Shown: positions 20,660 through 31,104 of the stretch, piece after piece | Numbering within the stretch: the first letter of the stretch is position 1 | How the letters are laid out: each line of letters starts with the position of its first letter | Assembly: GCA_965215335.1 (NCBI GenBank) | Contig: CBDCDA010000001.1 | Location: forward strand, 1,600,001 to 1,664,000 | DNA from: an uncultured Candidatus Entotheonella sp. | GTDB taxonomy: Bacteria; Tectomicrobia; Entotheonellia; Entotheonellales; Entotheonellaceae | DNA length: 64,000 nucleotides | Direction: 5' to 3' | Made by a program: the position numbers and the translations under genes | Notes under the pieces: model-generated | The model's database searches: none | What the model saw: the letters and a program-made list of their open reading frames with translations, nothing else | Told to the model about the DNA's origin: nothing

Positions 20660-21508
20660 CTATCCCAGGGCTGCCAGCACGGCGGGCAGCGTCAGGACGG
20701 CTTCCTGCAGACAGTCGCGCAGGCGCGCAATCATCGCCTCGTCTTTGTCGGGAATCTCGCCGCGTGACACTTGGGCGATGAATTCCTGCCGCGAGATTGT
20801 CATCAGCAGGGAAGCATTGATTTCCAGTTGAATGGCATGCTGCCGGTCAACGGCCGGCTTCCCGTAGGTCACCACCAGATTGCCGCCCGTATATCCGCTG
20901 ATGTCGTGATGCACCTCAAAGCCACGGCGCGTGAAGGTCGTCGCAATGGGTTCCACCAAAGCCTCGCCGCACGTCGTGCCCCGCCTCGTTCCAATGATGA
21001 TCTGGTAATCCTTCATGCGCCGCGGGCTGCCCGTGTGTCCGTCGATGAGCAGGGCATACCCGTAAGCGACGCGAATCTCGCCGAGCAGGCGTTCGAGCGT
21101 CACGTAATACGGGTCGTAGTACGTCCTCAGACGGGCTTCAAGCTGGTCCGGCCGAAGCGGCTTGGCAAAGATGGGCGCGTCGCGGATGGTGTGGGTGCGC
21201 ACCACGCCGCGATGCGAGCGAATCGTGTCGCCCTGCATCTCGAAATCGTCGCGGCGGCGGTTGACGTCCACAAAGATGCGCGACAGCGGCGTTGCCAGAA
21301 CGGTAGCGCCTTGCTCGTGCAGACCAGCATAGAGGTCGCCGACGAAGGTGTCGGCGAAGCCGTAGGCGAAGGTTGCAAACCAGGGCTCGCAATAGTCGTC
21401 GCTCGTCATGCCGGGCAGGGGTTGCGTGCCGAAGTGGGGAATGCTCACCAGGATGGGGCCGCGTCGGTCGGCAGCGGGATATTTGACGATGGGGAACGCC
21501 GGCGTCAT
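20660..21508 (-). CDS. N-formylglutamate amidohydrolase family protein
   Basis: PILVSIPHFG, SRIFVDVNR, YYDPY, LLIDGH and HAIQLEIN. Confidence 0.85.
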   Translation of the reverse strand: MTPAFPIVKYPAADRRGPILVSIPHFGTQPLPGMTSDDYCEPWFATFAYGFADTFVGDLYAGLHEQGATVLATPLSRIFVDVNRRRDDFEMQGDTIRSHRGVVRTHTIRDAPIFAKPLRPDQLEARLRTYYDPYYVTLERLLGEIRVAYGYALLIDGHTGSPRRMKDYQIIIGTRRGTTCGEALVEPIATTFTRRGFEVHHDISGYTGGNLVVTYGKPAVDRQHAIQLEINASLLMTISRQEFIAQVSRGEIPDKDEAMIARLRDCLQEAVLTLPAVLAALG

Positions 21509-22875
21509 CGGGCGTCACGCAGGACCGGAATGGCGTGCGCGCCGTCGCGAATGAGTCCAAGGCGCGGCGGCCGGCCCAGGCGCTGTTGCCACGCCGCGAC
21601 CACTCGCTGGATGGCTTTCTCGACCATCGGCCCCAGCGCCCGTTCGCCGCTGTAGGCGTATCCCGAGGTGAGGGGAAGTTTTTCAAGTTCGCCGGCGCTG
21701 ATGCCGTTGGTGCAGTAGATCAGGCCCGCCGGGCCGCCGACTTTCTCCAGCACCTTGCACCACATTTCCACCTCCCACTGATCCTTCTGCACGCCCGGAC
21801 GCTCGAACAGCGCCGCGATGTAGTCGCGTGGGCACGGCAGACTGCTCAGCAGGGCGAGCTCGTGCACGTATTCCGCAGCGCCGACGCCGTCGCTGCTGTT
21901 GGCCACCTGGATGAGGGTGCCGCCGTCGACCAGGATGGGCAGGGCGCCGACGGCGGCCTTGGCGGCCTGGTAGTGATCGATGGTGGAATCAATGGTAATC
22001 AGCACCTCATAGGGCGCCACCACCGGCACGCTGACGGCCTCGGCCAGGGATTCAGTCGCGCGCTCGAAGGCGAGCCGCCAGTCGCCGGCGTACACACCCG
22101 TCAGGTCCTTCGCCTCGTTCATGGTGACGTTGATGAGGAAATTGGCCCCCACCCGTTCGGCCACCTCGGTGGCTTCGCGGTGGCAGGGATTGGCGTCGAG
22201 GCTGAGGTTGGTGGCGCCGGGATCTTCCAGGAATTGCGGGCTGTGGAATTTCTGCAGTGTTTCCAGGTTGGCCAGGCCGGGGCAGATGGCCTTGCGGCCA
22301 CCCGAAAATCCGGCCATGAAGTGGGGCTTGATCTCGCCGGTGAGGATTTTGATATCCGCGTCGAGGTAGCGTTTATGGATCAGCACCTCGGTGCCGCTGG
22401 CCGTGGTGCCTACGAGCCGCAGGACGTCGCGGTCCGTCGCGCAGTGGTCGATGATCGGATAACGGGCGAGCACGTCGCCGCCGTACAGGCGGCGCTTCTC
22501 GGCGTCGGTGGTGGCGCGGTGCGTGCCGGTAGCCACCAGAACGACGATGTTTTCCGGAAGCAGGCCCTGCGCTTCGAGGGTGCGGAGCATCGGGAGCAGG
22601 ATGCTCGCTTCGCCGGTGTAGGGAACATCGGGGCGGGTCATGTCGGAAACGACCACGACAGCCGTGCGCTGCGCGGCTGCTTTGCCGGGGCAGGCAGCCT
22701 GGATGACGTCGTCCAGCGGCGCGGTAGCGATGGGTGCGGCGAGCGCTTGGGCGACGGCGCCGGCCGGGTCGGACAGCGCGGCGGGCGGTTGCGGCACGGT
22801 GAGGATGTCCGTGCCCGCCGGAACCTCAAACGATACCGCCGGGACATCGATCTCCAAACGGCAGGGGGCGGTCAT
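21505..22875 (-). CDS. larA: LarA family nickel-pincer-dependent racemase/epimerase
   Basis: SDMTRP, ATGTHR, PHFMAGFSGGRKAICPG and DQWEVE motifs; ATGA overlap with the downstream gene. Confidence 0.88.
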   Translation of the reverse strand: MTAPCRLEIDVPAVSFEVPAGTDILTVPQPPAALSDPAGAVAQALAAPIATAPLDDVIQAACPGKAAAQRTAVVVVSDMTRPDVPYTGEASILLPMLRTLEAQGLLPENIVVLVATGTHRATTDAEKRRLYGGDVLARYPIIDHCATDRDVLRLVGTTASGTEVLIHKRYLDADIKILTGEIKPHFMAGFSGGRKAICPGLANLETLQKFHSPQFLEDPGATNLSLDANPCHREATEVAERVGANFLINVTMNEAKDLTGVYAGDWRLAFERATESLAEAVSVPVVAPYEVLITIDSTIDHYQAAKAAVGALPILVDGGTLIQVANSSDGVGAAEYVHELALLSSLPCPRDYIAALFERPGVQKDQWEVEMWCKVLEKVGGPAGLIYCTNGISAGELEKLPLTSGYAYSGERALGPMVEKAIQRVVAAWQQRLGRPPRLGLIRDGAHAIPVLRDAR

Positions 22876-22942
22876 ACCATCTCTCCCTATGAAGCCGAAA
22901 ACGCGCCCGCGCCGGGCATCCGACGCGGCTGTCAGGGCGCCC

Positions 22943-22972
22943 GTTGTAGCCGATGGGACCCGTTTTTGTCAA
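22943..22972 (-). promoter_or_regulatory. sigma70-type promoter for the larA operon
   Basis: Minus strand TTGACA-N18-TACAAC. Confidence 0.5.
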
Positions 22973-22994
22973 GACGATTCGCACCGTCGTCGGC

Positions 22995-23024
22995 TTGACA
23001 TGCCAACACCGTGCGCCGTACTGT
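22995..23024 (+). promoter_or_regulatory. sigma70-type promoter for hslO
   Basis: TTGACA-N18-TACTGT, back-to-back with the larA promoter. Confidence 0.45.
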
Positions 23025-23119
23025 ACCCTCACCGTCGCGAGGCACGACCTGCTTGATTCCCACCGATGAAAGCCAGCCAGGACCGATACCGATCAGAACC
23101 CGAGCCAGTGAGGTGCCAT

Positions 23120-23995
23120 TTGAATACGCTGACGAGCGTCGTCGTTGCGAACGCCCACATATACGGCGTCGCCGCCGTTACGACGGCGCTGGTGGAGAAG
23201 GCGAGGGGCATCCACGGCGCCTCGCCGACCGCCGCGGCGGCGCTGGGCCGGCTGTTGACGGGCGGCATTTTGATGGGTTCGTTGCTGAAGGACGCCGCGC
23301 ACCGCGTGACGCTGCAGGTGAGCAGCAAGGGGCCGGTGCGGAGCATCCTGGTTGAGGCAAACGGGGCGGGACAGGTGCGCGGTTACCTGGGACAGCCCGC
23401 CATCAGCGTGCCGTCACGCAACGGCAAGCTCGACGTCAGCGGCGCGGTGGGCAAGGGCATTCTGCACGTCATCCGGGAAACCGGCGCCGCCGAGCCATAC
23501 AGCGGCACCGTGCCATTGGTGTCCGGTGAAATCGCCGAGGACCTGGCGTCGTACTTCGTGCAGTCCGAGCAAATTCCCAGCGCCGTGTCCCTGGGCGTGT
23601 TCGTCACCCCCGACCACACCGTGGGCGCCGCCGGCGGGTTCCTGGTGCAATTTCACGCCAACATCGACGACGACCTGGTTGTCCACATCGAACAGGCCCT
23701 CGGCGCCGTACCGCCCGTCACCAACCTGGTGCGCGAGGGATACGGCCCGCAAGACATCCTGCGCCGCGCCCTCGGTGGCCTGAACCTTGCCGTCGTCAAG
23801 CACACCGCTCCCGCCTGGCACTGCGGCTGCTCCCGCGATCGCGTCGTCGGCGCCCTCCTCGCCCTGGGCCCGCAGCAACTCCGCCAACTCATCAGTGAAC
23901 AATCCGAAACCCAGGCGCGGTGCGAGTTTTGCACCACCGAGTACACGTTTTCCCGGCAGGAACTGGCGCACATGCTGGCCGATGCGCTGGCGTGA
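23120..23995 (+). CDS. hslO: Hsp33 redox-regulated chaperone
   Basis: AAAALGRLLTG, GKLDVSGAVG, SGEIAEDL, SEQIPS, CGCSR...CEFC zinc motif; TTG start after GAGGTG. Confidence 0.95.
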   Translation: MNTLTSVVVANAHIYGVAAVTTALVEKARGIHGASPTAAAALGRLLTGGILMGSLLKDAAHRVTLQVSSKGPVRSILVEANGAGQVRGYLGQPAISVPSRNGKLDVSGAVGKGILHVIRETGAAEPYSGTVPLVSGEIAEDLASYFVQSEQIPSAVSLGVFVTPDHTVGAAGGFLVQFHANIDDDLVVHIEQALGAVPPVTNLVREGYGPQDILRRALGGLNLAVVKHTAPAWHCGCSRDRVVGALLALGPQQLRQLISEQSETQARCEFCTTEYTFSRQELAHMLADALA

Positions 23996-24007
23996 GCGCC
24001 GCGCCGC

Positions 24008-24542
24008 TCAGGGATCTGCCGGCGCGACCGACTGCTCAGGGTCCGCGCTCGGCGCCGCGATTTGCAGGCTGGTCAGGCCGCCGGCGACCTTGCCGAGATG
24101 CGCCCGCAACTCGCTGCGAGAATTGTCGATCATCGTTAGCGCGCGGGAAAAGCGTCCCTCCACTTCTGCCTGCATGGCCGTGATGTCGTTCTCGATGCTG
24201 CGCAGGCAGGCTCGGCCGTCTGTTCCGCCAGCCCCTGGCGGGCGTAGCTGTGCGTCTGAAGCTGGGCGACGCCTTCCCTGGCGCGTGCCAGATGGTCGTG
24301 GATGACATCTGTCGCGCTCATCAGCCGCGCCGTGGCCGAGTCGGTCCTGAGCCTAGACCGGTCCGCAGATCGCCAATGCCCTGGTCCACGCGCGCCTGAT
24401 TTACTCCATGCCCGACACCCGCTCGTTCACCCCGCGCAACTCAATCTGGACGTTGTGCAGCGCCTTCAACACGACCCACAGAACCGCCAGCAGCACCACG
24501 ACCACCGCGAGCAGGTCAAACCCCAACAGTGTCCCGTTCATG
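24008..24542 (-). pseudogene. degraded membrane-anchored coiled-coil protein, possibly RmuC-like
   Basis: MNGTLLGFDLLAVVVVLLAVLWVVLK (TM) then coiled-coil pieces in shifting frames with an internal stop (NQARVDQGIGDLR; TDSATARLMSATDVIHDHLARAREG; EVEGRFSRALTMIDNSRSELRAHL). Confidence 0.5.
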
Positions 24543-24572
24543 AGCGCGTCCTCTCGTCAGGTCGACAGGTCA

Positions 24573-25196
24573 TTACGTCGGTCGGAAGTTCCACTGTTCG
24601 ATCAACCACTGGCTACCTTGCAGGTGCAGGAAGCACAAGGCGCCGGTGGCAATCTTGATGCCGTGCTGGCGCCTGAAGCCCTCGAAATCGCCCGTCAAAT
24701 GCGGCGCGAAGCGGGCGATGCCGTTGCTGGTCACGACGAGCACCGTCTGGCCGCCAAAGGATTGGCGGCAGGTGTCTGCGAAGGCCAGCCAGTCGTGGAT
24801 GATGGCCTGCGGGTCGGCCCGCCAGCCGGGCGGCACCCTGGCGTGTTCGTTCCAGTCGCGGAGGGCCTGAGCGCCGACTCTGGCGACGACGGCGGATTCA
24901 GGCTGGTTCTCGTCGGGGCCATGGTCGATCTCGTTGAACCGCACGTCGATGGTGATGGGCGGGGCGCCCCCCAGGGTTTCCACGGCGAGGCGGGCGGTGT
25001 CGTAGGAGCGTTTCAGCGGCGCGGCGAACACGGCGTCCGGCACCATGCCGCGGTGGCGCAGATAGCCGCCGATGCGTTGCGCCTGCGCCTCGCCGCTTGC
25101 GACAAGCGGCAGGTCGGTGCGTCGTCCGACCCGTCTCGGGACATCGTTGGGCCCGAAGGTGTTGCCGTGCCGGGCGATGATCAATCGCGTGGTCAT
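24573..25196 (-). CDS. histidine phosphatase family protein
   Basis: LIIARHGNT (RHG), APLKRS, FNEIDHG. Confidence 0.88.
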   Translation of the reverse strand: MTTRLIIARHGNTFGPNDVPRRVGRRTDLPLVASGEAQAQRIGGYLRHRGMVPDAVFAAPLKRSYDTARLAVETLGGAPPITIDVRFNEIDHGPDENQPESAVVARVGAQALRDWNEHARVPPGWRADPQAIIHDWLAFADTCRQSFGGQTVLVVTSNGIARFAPHLTGDFEGFRRQHGIKIATGALCFLHLQGSQWLIEQWNFRPT

Positions 25197-25202
25197 GGGG
25201 GC

Positions 25203-26018
25203 TCAGTCCGCCAGCAGTTCGCCGTGCCTGGCAATGAGCGCCTCGGCGCGGGCTACGTCCTCGGGGCTGTCCACGCCGGACATGGCGGCGCGGCCTTGGT
25301 AGTCAACCGCCACGACGCGGATGCCGTGGCCGTGCTCCAAAACGCGAAGCTGTTCCAATCCCTCGAGCTGTTCGTAGTGCCCGGCCGGCAGCGTGACGTA
25401 GGTTTCCAGCATCTTGCGGGTGTAGCCGTAAAGCCCGACGTGCCGGCGCACCGGAGACAAACCGCCTTGCCGGCGCAGCGCCACCTCATTCCGCATGGCC
25501 GGGATGATTTGCTTGGAAAACCAGCGCGCGTTGCCATTCGAGTCGACCACCACGCAGGTACCGCTGAATGGTGTCTCGGTCTTCTGGACTCGCAGTCGGT
25601 CCAACTCCGGCCAACTCAGCCGCACCGCGGGCGTGACCGCCTCGATTGACGGATCGGCCTCGAAAGCCCGTAACATGGCGGTAATGAAGTCGGGCGGCGT
25701 CAGCGGCGCGTCGCCCTGCAGATTGACGACCACGTCGTACGCGCGCGGCAGTTGCCCGAGGGCCGCCAGGGCGCGGTCCGTGCCGCTGGGGCAGGACGCC
25801 GGCGTCATCACCCACGGCGCTCCAATTTCGTCGCAATGCGCGCCGATACGGGCGTCGTCCGTCGCCACCACGACGTCGAGGCCGCCGTGGTTCTGCGCCG
25901 CGGAGCGCGCGACAGCGTATACCCGCGACAGCATGGTTTGCCCGGCTATGCGCGCGAGCGGCTTACCCGGCAGGCGGGTCGACCCGTAGCGGGCGGGAAT
26001 GATCAGAATGGCTCGCAT
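25203..26018 (-). CDS. kdsB: 3-deoxy-manno-octulosonate cytidylyltransferase
   Basis: IPARYGSTRLPGKPL, VATDD, SGTDR, VNLQGD, HVGLYGY and EGLEQLRVLE. Confidence 0.93.
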   Translation of the reverse strand: MRAILIIPARYGSTRLPGKPLARIAGQTMLSRVYAVARSAAQNHGGLDVVVATDDARIGAHCDEIGAPWVMTPASCPSGTDRALAALGQLPRAYDVVVNLQGDAPLTPPDFITAMLRAFEADPSIEAVTPAVRLSWPELDRLRVQKTETPFSGTCVVVDSNGNARWFSKQIIPAMRNEVALRRQGGLSPVRRHVGLYGYTRKMLETYVTLPAGHYEQLEGLEQLRVLEHGHGIRVVAVDYQGRAAMSGVDSPEDVARAEALIARHGELLAD

Positions 26019-26131
26019 GCGCGAGTTCCTTCGGGCAGTGAGAAGCGGGCGCGGCCCGTTGTCTGGCGGGGCAGATATGCTACCATAACAGCTCCATCCG
26101 CAGCGCGTTCCGGATCGATAAGAGGCAAAAC

Positions 26132-27841
26132 ATGACAGAGGCCACGGGCAAGGGAAACGACACCGGCGCCAACGCGGCACCGGCGCATTTCATTCGCGAG
26201 ATTATCGCCGCCGACCTGCGGTCGGGCAAGCACGATGGGCGCGTCGTCACCCGCTTCCCGCCGGAGCCGAACGGCTACCTGCACATCGGACACGCCAAGT
26301 CCATCTGCCTCAATTTCGGCCTCGCGGCCGAGAACGATGGCGTCTGCCACCTGCGCTTCGACGACACCAATCCCAGCAAGGAAGACGTCGAATACGTCGA
26401 GGCCATCAAGGCCGACGTGCGCTGGCTGGGGTTCGACTGGGGCGACCGGCTGTTCTACGCCTCCGATTATTTTGCCAGGCTTTACGACTACGCCGTGGAG
26501 CTCATCCAGGCCGGCAGGGCGTACGTGTGCGATCTCGGCGCCGACGAGGCGCGCGCCTATCGCGGCACCCTGACGGAGCCCGGCAGGGAAAGCCCGTACC
26601 GGTCGCGCTCTGTAGCGGAAAACCTGGACCTGTTCACGCGCATGAGGGCGGGCGAGTTTCCCGACGGCTCGCGGGTGCTGCGCGCCAGGATCGACATGGC
26701 TTCCGGCAACGTCAACATGCGCGACCCGACGCTCTACCGCATCCGGCGCGTGCCCCACCACCGCACGGGTGACACTTGGTGCATCTACCCCATGTACGAC
26801 TTCACCCACGGCCTGTGCGACGCCCTGGAGGGCATCACGCACTCCGTCTGCACCCTGGAGTTCGAGGACCACCGGCCCCTGTACGACTGGTTCCTGGACG
26901 CCCTCGAGACGCCGTGCCACCCGCAGCAGATCGAGTTCGCGCGCCTCAGTCTCAGCCATACGGTGATGAGCAAGAGAAAGCTCCTGAGCCTGGTGGAGCG
27001 CGGCCGGGTGAGCGGCTGGGACGACCCGCGCATGCCGACCCTGTCCGGCCTGCGGCGCCGCGGCTACACGCCGGCGGCCATCCGTGCCTTCTGCGAACGC
27101 ATCGGCGTGGCCAAGCGCGACAGCACGGTGGCTATCGCCCTGCTCGAATACTGCATCCGTGAGGACCTGAACCGCCGGGCGCCGCGCGTCATGGCGGTGT
27201 TGCGGCCGCTGCGGCTGGTCATCGACAACTATCCCGAGGACAAAGCGGAAGAACTGGAGGCGGTCAACAACCCCGAGGACGCCTCGATGGGCACGCGCGC
27301 GGTGCCGTTTTCCAAGGTGTTGTATATCGAGCGCGAGGATTTCCGCGAGGCGCCGCCGAAGAAGTATTTCCGCCTTGCACCCGGGCGCGAGGTGCGGCTG
27401 CGGTACGCTTACTACGTGACCTGCGTGGGCGTGGTGAAGGACGAACAGGGCGAGGTGGTGGAAGTCCACTGCACCTACGATCCGGCCACGCGCGGCGGCG
27501 GCTCGCCGGACGGCCGCCGGGTCAAGGCCACGCTGCACTGGGTGTCGGCGGCGCACGCGATTCCCGCCGAGGTGCGGCTGTACGACCATCTCTTCGCCCA
27601 GGCCGACCCGGACGACGTGCCGGAAGGCCAGGATTTCACCGCCGCGTTGAATCCCCATTCCCTGGAAACATTGACGTCGTGCCAGGTCGAGCCCGGCCTG
27701 GCCGGGGCAAAGGCTGGCAGCCGCTACCAGTTCGAGCGCCAGGGCTATTTTTGCGCCGACGCCGACACAACCCCGGACCGCCTGGTCTTCAACCGCACCG
27801 TGCCGCTGCGCGATACCTGGGCGAAGATCGCCAAACAATAA
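26132..27841 (+). CDS. glnS: glutamine--tRNA ligase
   Basis: [29 protein letters not shown] and QFERQGYF. Confidence 0.97.
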   Translation: MTEATGKGNDTGANAAPAHFIREIIAADLRSGKHDGRVVTRFPPEPNGYLHIGHAKSICLNFGLAAENDGVCHLRFDDTNPSKEDVEYVEAIKADVRWLGFDWGDRLFYASDYFARLYDYAVELIQAGRAYVCDLGADEARAYRGTLTEPGRESPYRSRSVAENLDLFTRMRAGEFPDGSRVLRARIDMASGNVNMRDPTLYRIRRVPHHRTGDTWCIYPMYDFTHGLCDALEGITHSVCTLEFEDHRPLYDWFLDALETPCHPQQIEFARLSLSHTVMSKRKLLSLVERGRVSGWDDPRMPTLSGLRRRGYTPAAIRAFCERIGVAKRDSTVAIALLEYCIREDLNRRAPRVMAVLRPLRLVIDNYPEDKAEELEAVNNPEDASMGTRAVPFSKVLYIEREDFREAPPKKYFRLAPGREVRLRYAYYVTCVGVVKDEQGEVVEVHCTYDPATRGGGSPDGRRVKATLHWVSAAHAIPAEVRLYDHLFAQADPDDVPEGQDFTAALNPHSLETLTSCQVEPGLAGAKAGSRYQFERQGYFCADADTTPDRLVFNRTVPLRDTWAKIAKQ

Positions 27842-27862
27842 GCCGTGATTGAGGAGTCATTC

Positions 27863-29317
27863 ATGACGCAATCGCAGGTGCGTGTCCGCATCGCGCCAAG
27901 CCCGACTGGCGCGCCGCACGTGGGCACCGCCTACATCGGGTTGTTCAATGTCGTGTTTGCGCGCGTTTGCGGCGGGCGGTGCGTCATTCGCATCGAGGAC
28001 ACCGATCAGGCGCGCTCCGAACGGCGCTACGAAGAAGGCATCCTGCGCTCCCTGCGCTGGGTCGGCCTGTCGTGGGACGAGGGCCCGGACGTGGGCGGCG
28101 CCTACGGCCCCTACCGGCAGTCGGAACGTCTGGACCTCTACCGCGAGCACGTGCAACAGCTGCTCGGCAACGGCGCGGCGTACCGTTGCTGGTGCACGCC
28201 GGAACGTCTGGAGGCGGTGCGCCAGCAGCAGCGGCAGGACAAGGCCCCGCTGCGTTATGACGGGCATTGCCGGCGCCTCACTGGAGCCGAGACCAAGGCA
28301 CGCGGCGACCAGCCGTCGGTGGTGCGCCTCAGGGTGTCGGAGGACGGCAGCACCGTGGTGCACGACGCGTTTCGCGACCCGATCACCATCGAGCACGGGC
28401 AGATCGACGACCAGGTGCTGCTCAAATCCGACGGCCATCCCACCTATCATCTAGCCAACGTGGTGGACGACCACGCCATGGAAATTTCGCACGTCATCCG
28501 CGCCGAGGAGTGGATTTCCTCGACCCCCAAGCATCTCATGCTGTACCAGGCGTTCGGTTGGGAGCCGCCGGTGTTCATGCACATGCCGCTGCTGCGCAAC
28601 GCCGACCGCAGCAAGATCAGCAAGCGCAAGAACCCGGTGTCGCTGCGCTACTACGAACGCCAGGGCTACCTGCCCGAGGCGCTGCTCAATTTCCTGGCGC
28701 TGATGGGGTGGTCGATGCCCGGCGGGCGCGAGGTCTTCACGCTGGACGAGATGATCGAGTCGTTTTCGTTCGAACGCATCAACCTGGGCGGCCCCGTTTT
28801 CGACCTGCAAAAGCTGGAATGGCTGAACGGCATGTATATCCGTCAGCTCTCGCCCGCGGCCCTGTCGCAGCGGCTGTTGGAAAGCGCGCGAGCGAAGTCC
28901 CGGCTGCTGGACGACAGCGCCTATGTAGACGCCATCACGCCACTGTTGCAGGAACGCTTGCGCACGCTGGGCGATTTTCAGGACATGGCAGCGTTCTTCT
29001 ACGACATGCCGCTGGCCTACGACAAGGCGCTGTTGCTGCCCAAGGGCAGGAGCCCGCGCGAGGCCGTCAAGATGCTTACGGAAATGACCGCGGTGCTCGT
29101 GCGGCACGCCGGCCTCTGGCAGGGCGCAGAACTGGAGGCCAGCACGCGCGCGTACGCCGAGGGCGCCAAATGGCCGGGCCGCGACCTGTTCATGACCCTG
29201 CGGGTCGCGGTAACCGGTCGCACTGCCTCCCCACCCCTGTTCGCCACCATGCAGGTTCTGGGCAAAGACCTTTGCCTGTCCCGACTCGAAGACGCCGTGG
29301 CTCTGCTGCAAAAATAG
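27863..29317 (+). CDS. gltX: glutamate--tRNA ligase
   Basis: RIAPSPTGAPHVG (HIGH-like), RIEDTD, PTYHLANVVDDH and KISKR; GAGGAG RBS. Confidence 0.97.
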   Translation: MTQSQVRVRIAPSPTGAPHVGTAYIGLFNVVFARVCGGRCVIRIEDTDQARSERRYEEGILRSLRWVGLSWDEGPDVGGAYGPYRQSERLDLYREHVQQLLGNGAAYRCWCTPERLEAVRQQQRQDKAPLRYDGHCRRLTGAETKARGDQPSVVRLRVSEDGSTVVHDAFRDPITIEHGQIDDQVLLKSDGHPTYHLANVVDDHAMEISHVIRAEEWISSTPKHLMLYQAFGWEPPVFMHMPLLRNADRSKISKRKNPVSLRYYERQGYLPEALLNFLALMGWSMPGGREVFTLDEMIESFSFERINLGGPVFDLQKLEWLNGMYIRQLSPAALSQRLLESARAKSRLLDDSAYVDAITPLLQERLRTLGDFQDMAAFFYDMPLAYDKALLLPKGRSPREAVKMLTEMTAVLVRHAGLWQGAELEASTRAYAEGAKWPGRDLFMTLRVAVTGRTASPPLFATMQVLGKDLCLSRLEDAVALLQK

Positions 29318-29334
29318 GGACCGGAAGAGCAGGC

Positions 29335-30249
29335 ATGAACACCACCTTCGACATCACCTTTCTCGGCACCTCCGCCGCCATTCCCACCGTGAAGCGCAAC
29401 GTCTCCGCGACCTTGGTGACGCACCGGGATTTGAAGTGGCTCATCGACTGCGGCGAGGGCACGCAGCGGCAGATCACGCGAGCGGGCAACGGCTTCAAGA
29501 ACCTCACGCACGTCTTCCTGAGCCACGAACACCTGGACCACATCCTCGGCATGGGCGGATTGCTGGCCACATTCAACATGCTGCAGCCGGTCAAGCGGCT
29601 GGCGGTATACGGCAGTCCCGCGGCCCTCGACCGAGGGCGCCAGATGGCCGGCTTCATTGGCCGCTCGCTGCAGTACGACCTGCAATGGCACGAGATCGAC
29701 GAGGGGCTGATCTGCACACATCGTCAGCTTGACTGTTACGCCTTCGCAACGCAGCACCGGATCAAGCGGTCTTACGGTTTTGTGTTCCAGGAGAAACCCC
29801 GTCGCCGGTTTCAGGCTGAAGCGGCCGAGCGTCTCGGCATCCCTCCCGGTCCGGAACGGCGCCGGTTGCTCGCCGGCGAGAGCCTGCACGGCACCGACGG
29901 ACGGATCGTGCGGCCCGACGACGTGCTGGGGCCGCAGGAGCCCGGCAAGAAACTCGTTTACGTCAGCGATTCGATGTATTTCGAGGGGCTGAAAAAGGTG
30001 GCGGCCGGTGCCCATTGTCTGATTAGCGAGGCCACCTTTTTGCAGGCTGACGCGGAACTGGCCGCCGAGGTCGGACACATGACCGCGGCGCAGGCCGCCA
30101 GCGTGGCGCGCGACGCCGGCGTGGAGGCATTGTACTTGAATCATCTGTCTCAGCGGTACGCGCAGGCCGAGCACCTGTTCCTCGAAGAGGCGCGGCGGAT
30201 TTTCCCGAACACGCATCTCGCCAATGATCTGGAGAGCATCACGGTGTAG
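29335..30249 (+). CDS. rnz: ribonuclease Z
   Basis: FLGTSAAIPT, DCGEGTQRQ, HEHLDH, GIPPGP exosite, EATF and HLSQRY. Confidence 0.93.
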   Translation: MNTTFDITFLGTSAAIPTVKRNVSATLVTHRDLKWLIDCGEGTQRQITRAGNGFKNLTHVFLSHEHLDHILGMGGLLATFNMLQPVKRLAVYGSPAALDRGRQMAGFIGRSLQYDLQWHEIDEGLICTHRQLDCYAFATQHRIKRSYGFVFQEKPRRRFQAEAAERLGIPPGPERRRLLAGESLHGTDGRIVRPDDVLGPQEPGKKLVYVSDSMYFEGLKKVAAGAHCLISEATFLQADAELAAEVGHMTAAQAASVARDAGVEALYLNHLSQRYAQAEHLFLEEARRIFPNTHLANDLESITV

Positions 30250-30302
30250 GCCAAGCAGGTCGGATCAGCCGCAGACAATGCCCCATCTGATGCGGAAATG
30301 CT

Positions 30303-30989
30303 CTAATCGCCGTCCTGCGAGGCGCCGTTTGACGCGGGGACCAGTTGCTTGATCTTCTGCCAGGCGGGGAAGTCGGATTTCAGCCACAGGCTGCCGACTT
30401 GCGGCACGAAGTTGAAGGCTTTGACGCGTACCCAGTCGCCGTGCAATTCCAGCACCGACAGGGCGCCATTGTCCAGATTGAGGCGTCGGTAGTCGTTGAA
30501 CGGCATGTTGAGGTAATGCGCCATCGTGGTGCGGATCACGTCGCCGTGCGACACGACGGCGACGACCCCCTGCGGATACCGGCGGCGGGCTGCTTCGACC
30601 GCGTCGACGCCGCGCCGTTGCACGTTGGGCAGGCTTTCCCCGTTGGGAAAGACGGCGTTAACCGGATCGTGGAACACGGCGTGCGCCGCCGGGTGGGCGC
30701 GCTGGGTTTGGAAAAACGAACCCTCCCAGTCACCGTAATCCACCTCGTGCAGGCTGGGCACCTCCTCGATGGACTTGCCCAGCCGCTGCGCAATGACCTC
30801 TGCGGTTTGACGGGCACGGGCCACCGGGCTCGACAGCAGGTGGGTCACTCCGAGCGGCACCAGCACCTCGGCGGCCAGGCGGGCCTGCTCCTGTCCGTGC
30901 GTGTTCAGTGGCACCGTGCCCTGGCCGGAAATTTTGCCGCTGACGTTTTCGTCCGTTTGACCGTGCCGAATCAGTATCACCAACGCCAT
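30303..30989 (-). CDS. histidine phosphatase family protein
   Basis: LIRHGQT, SSPVARARQTA, EVDYGDWEG and SHGDVIR. Confidence 0.93.
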   Translation of the reverse strand: MALVILIRHGQTDENVSGKISGQGTVPLNTHGQEQARLAAEVLVPLGVTHLLSSPVARARQTAEVIAQRLGKSIEEVPSLHEVDYGDWEGSFFQTQRAHPAAHAVFHDPVNAVFPNGESLPNVQRRGVDAVEAARRRYPQGVVAVVSHGDVIRTTMAHYLNMPFNDYRRLNLDNGALSVLELHGDWVRVKAFNFVPQVGSLWLKSDFPAWQKIKQLVPASNGASQDGD

Positions 30990-31042
30990 GCGCCCTTCGT
31001 CCTCCTGTCAGTATAGGTAGCGGGGCCGGTCGTGTCTCACTT

Positions 31043-31081
31043 CCCCCTCACCCCAACCCTCTTCCCCGCGAGAAGGAGGGG
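31043..31081 (+). repeat. REP-like palindromic element (CCCCTCACCCCAACCCTCTCCCC...GGGG type), copy 1
   Basis: ccccctcaccccaaccctcttccccgcgagaaggagggg; related copies at 56837 and 60975. Confidence 0.6.
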
Positions 31082-31104
31082 CCCGCAAGGAGGCCAAACC
31101 AACG

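Noticed and set aside
28267..30249. 660-aa RNase Z fusion from the ORF track
   Set aside because: The N-terminal part is an off-frame read of gltX; the real protein starts at ATG 29335.
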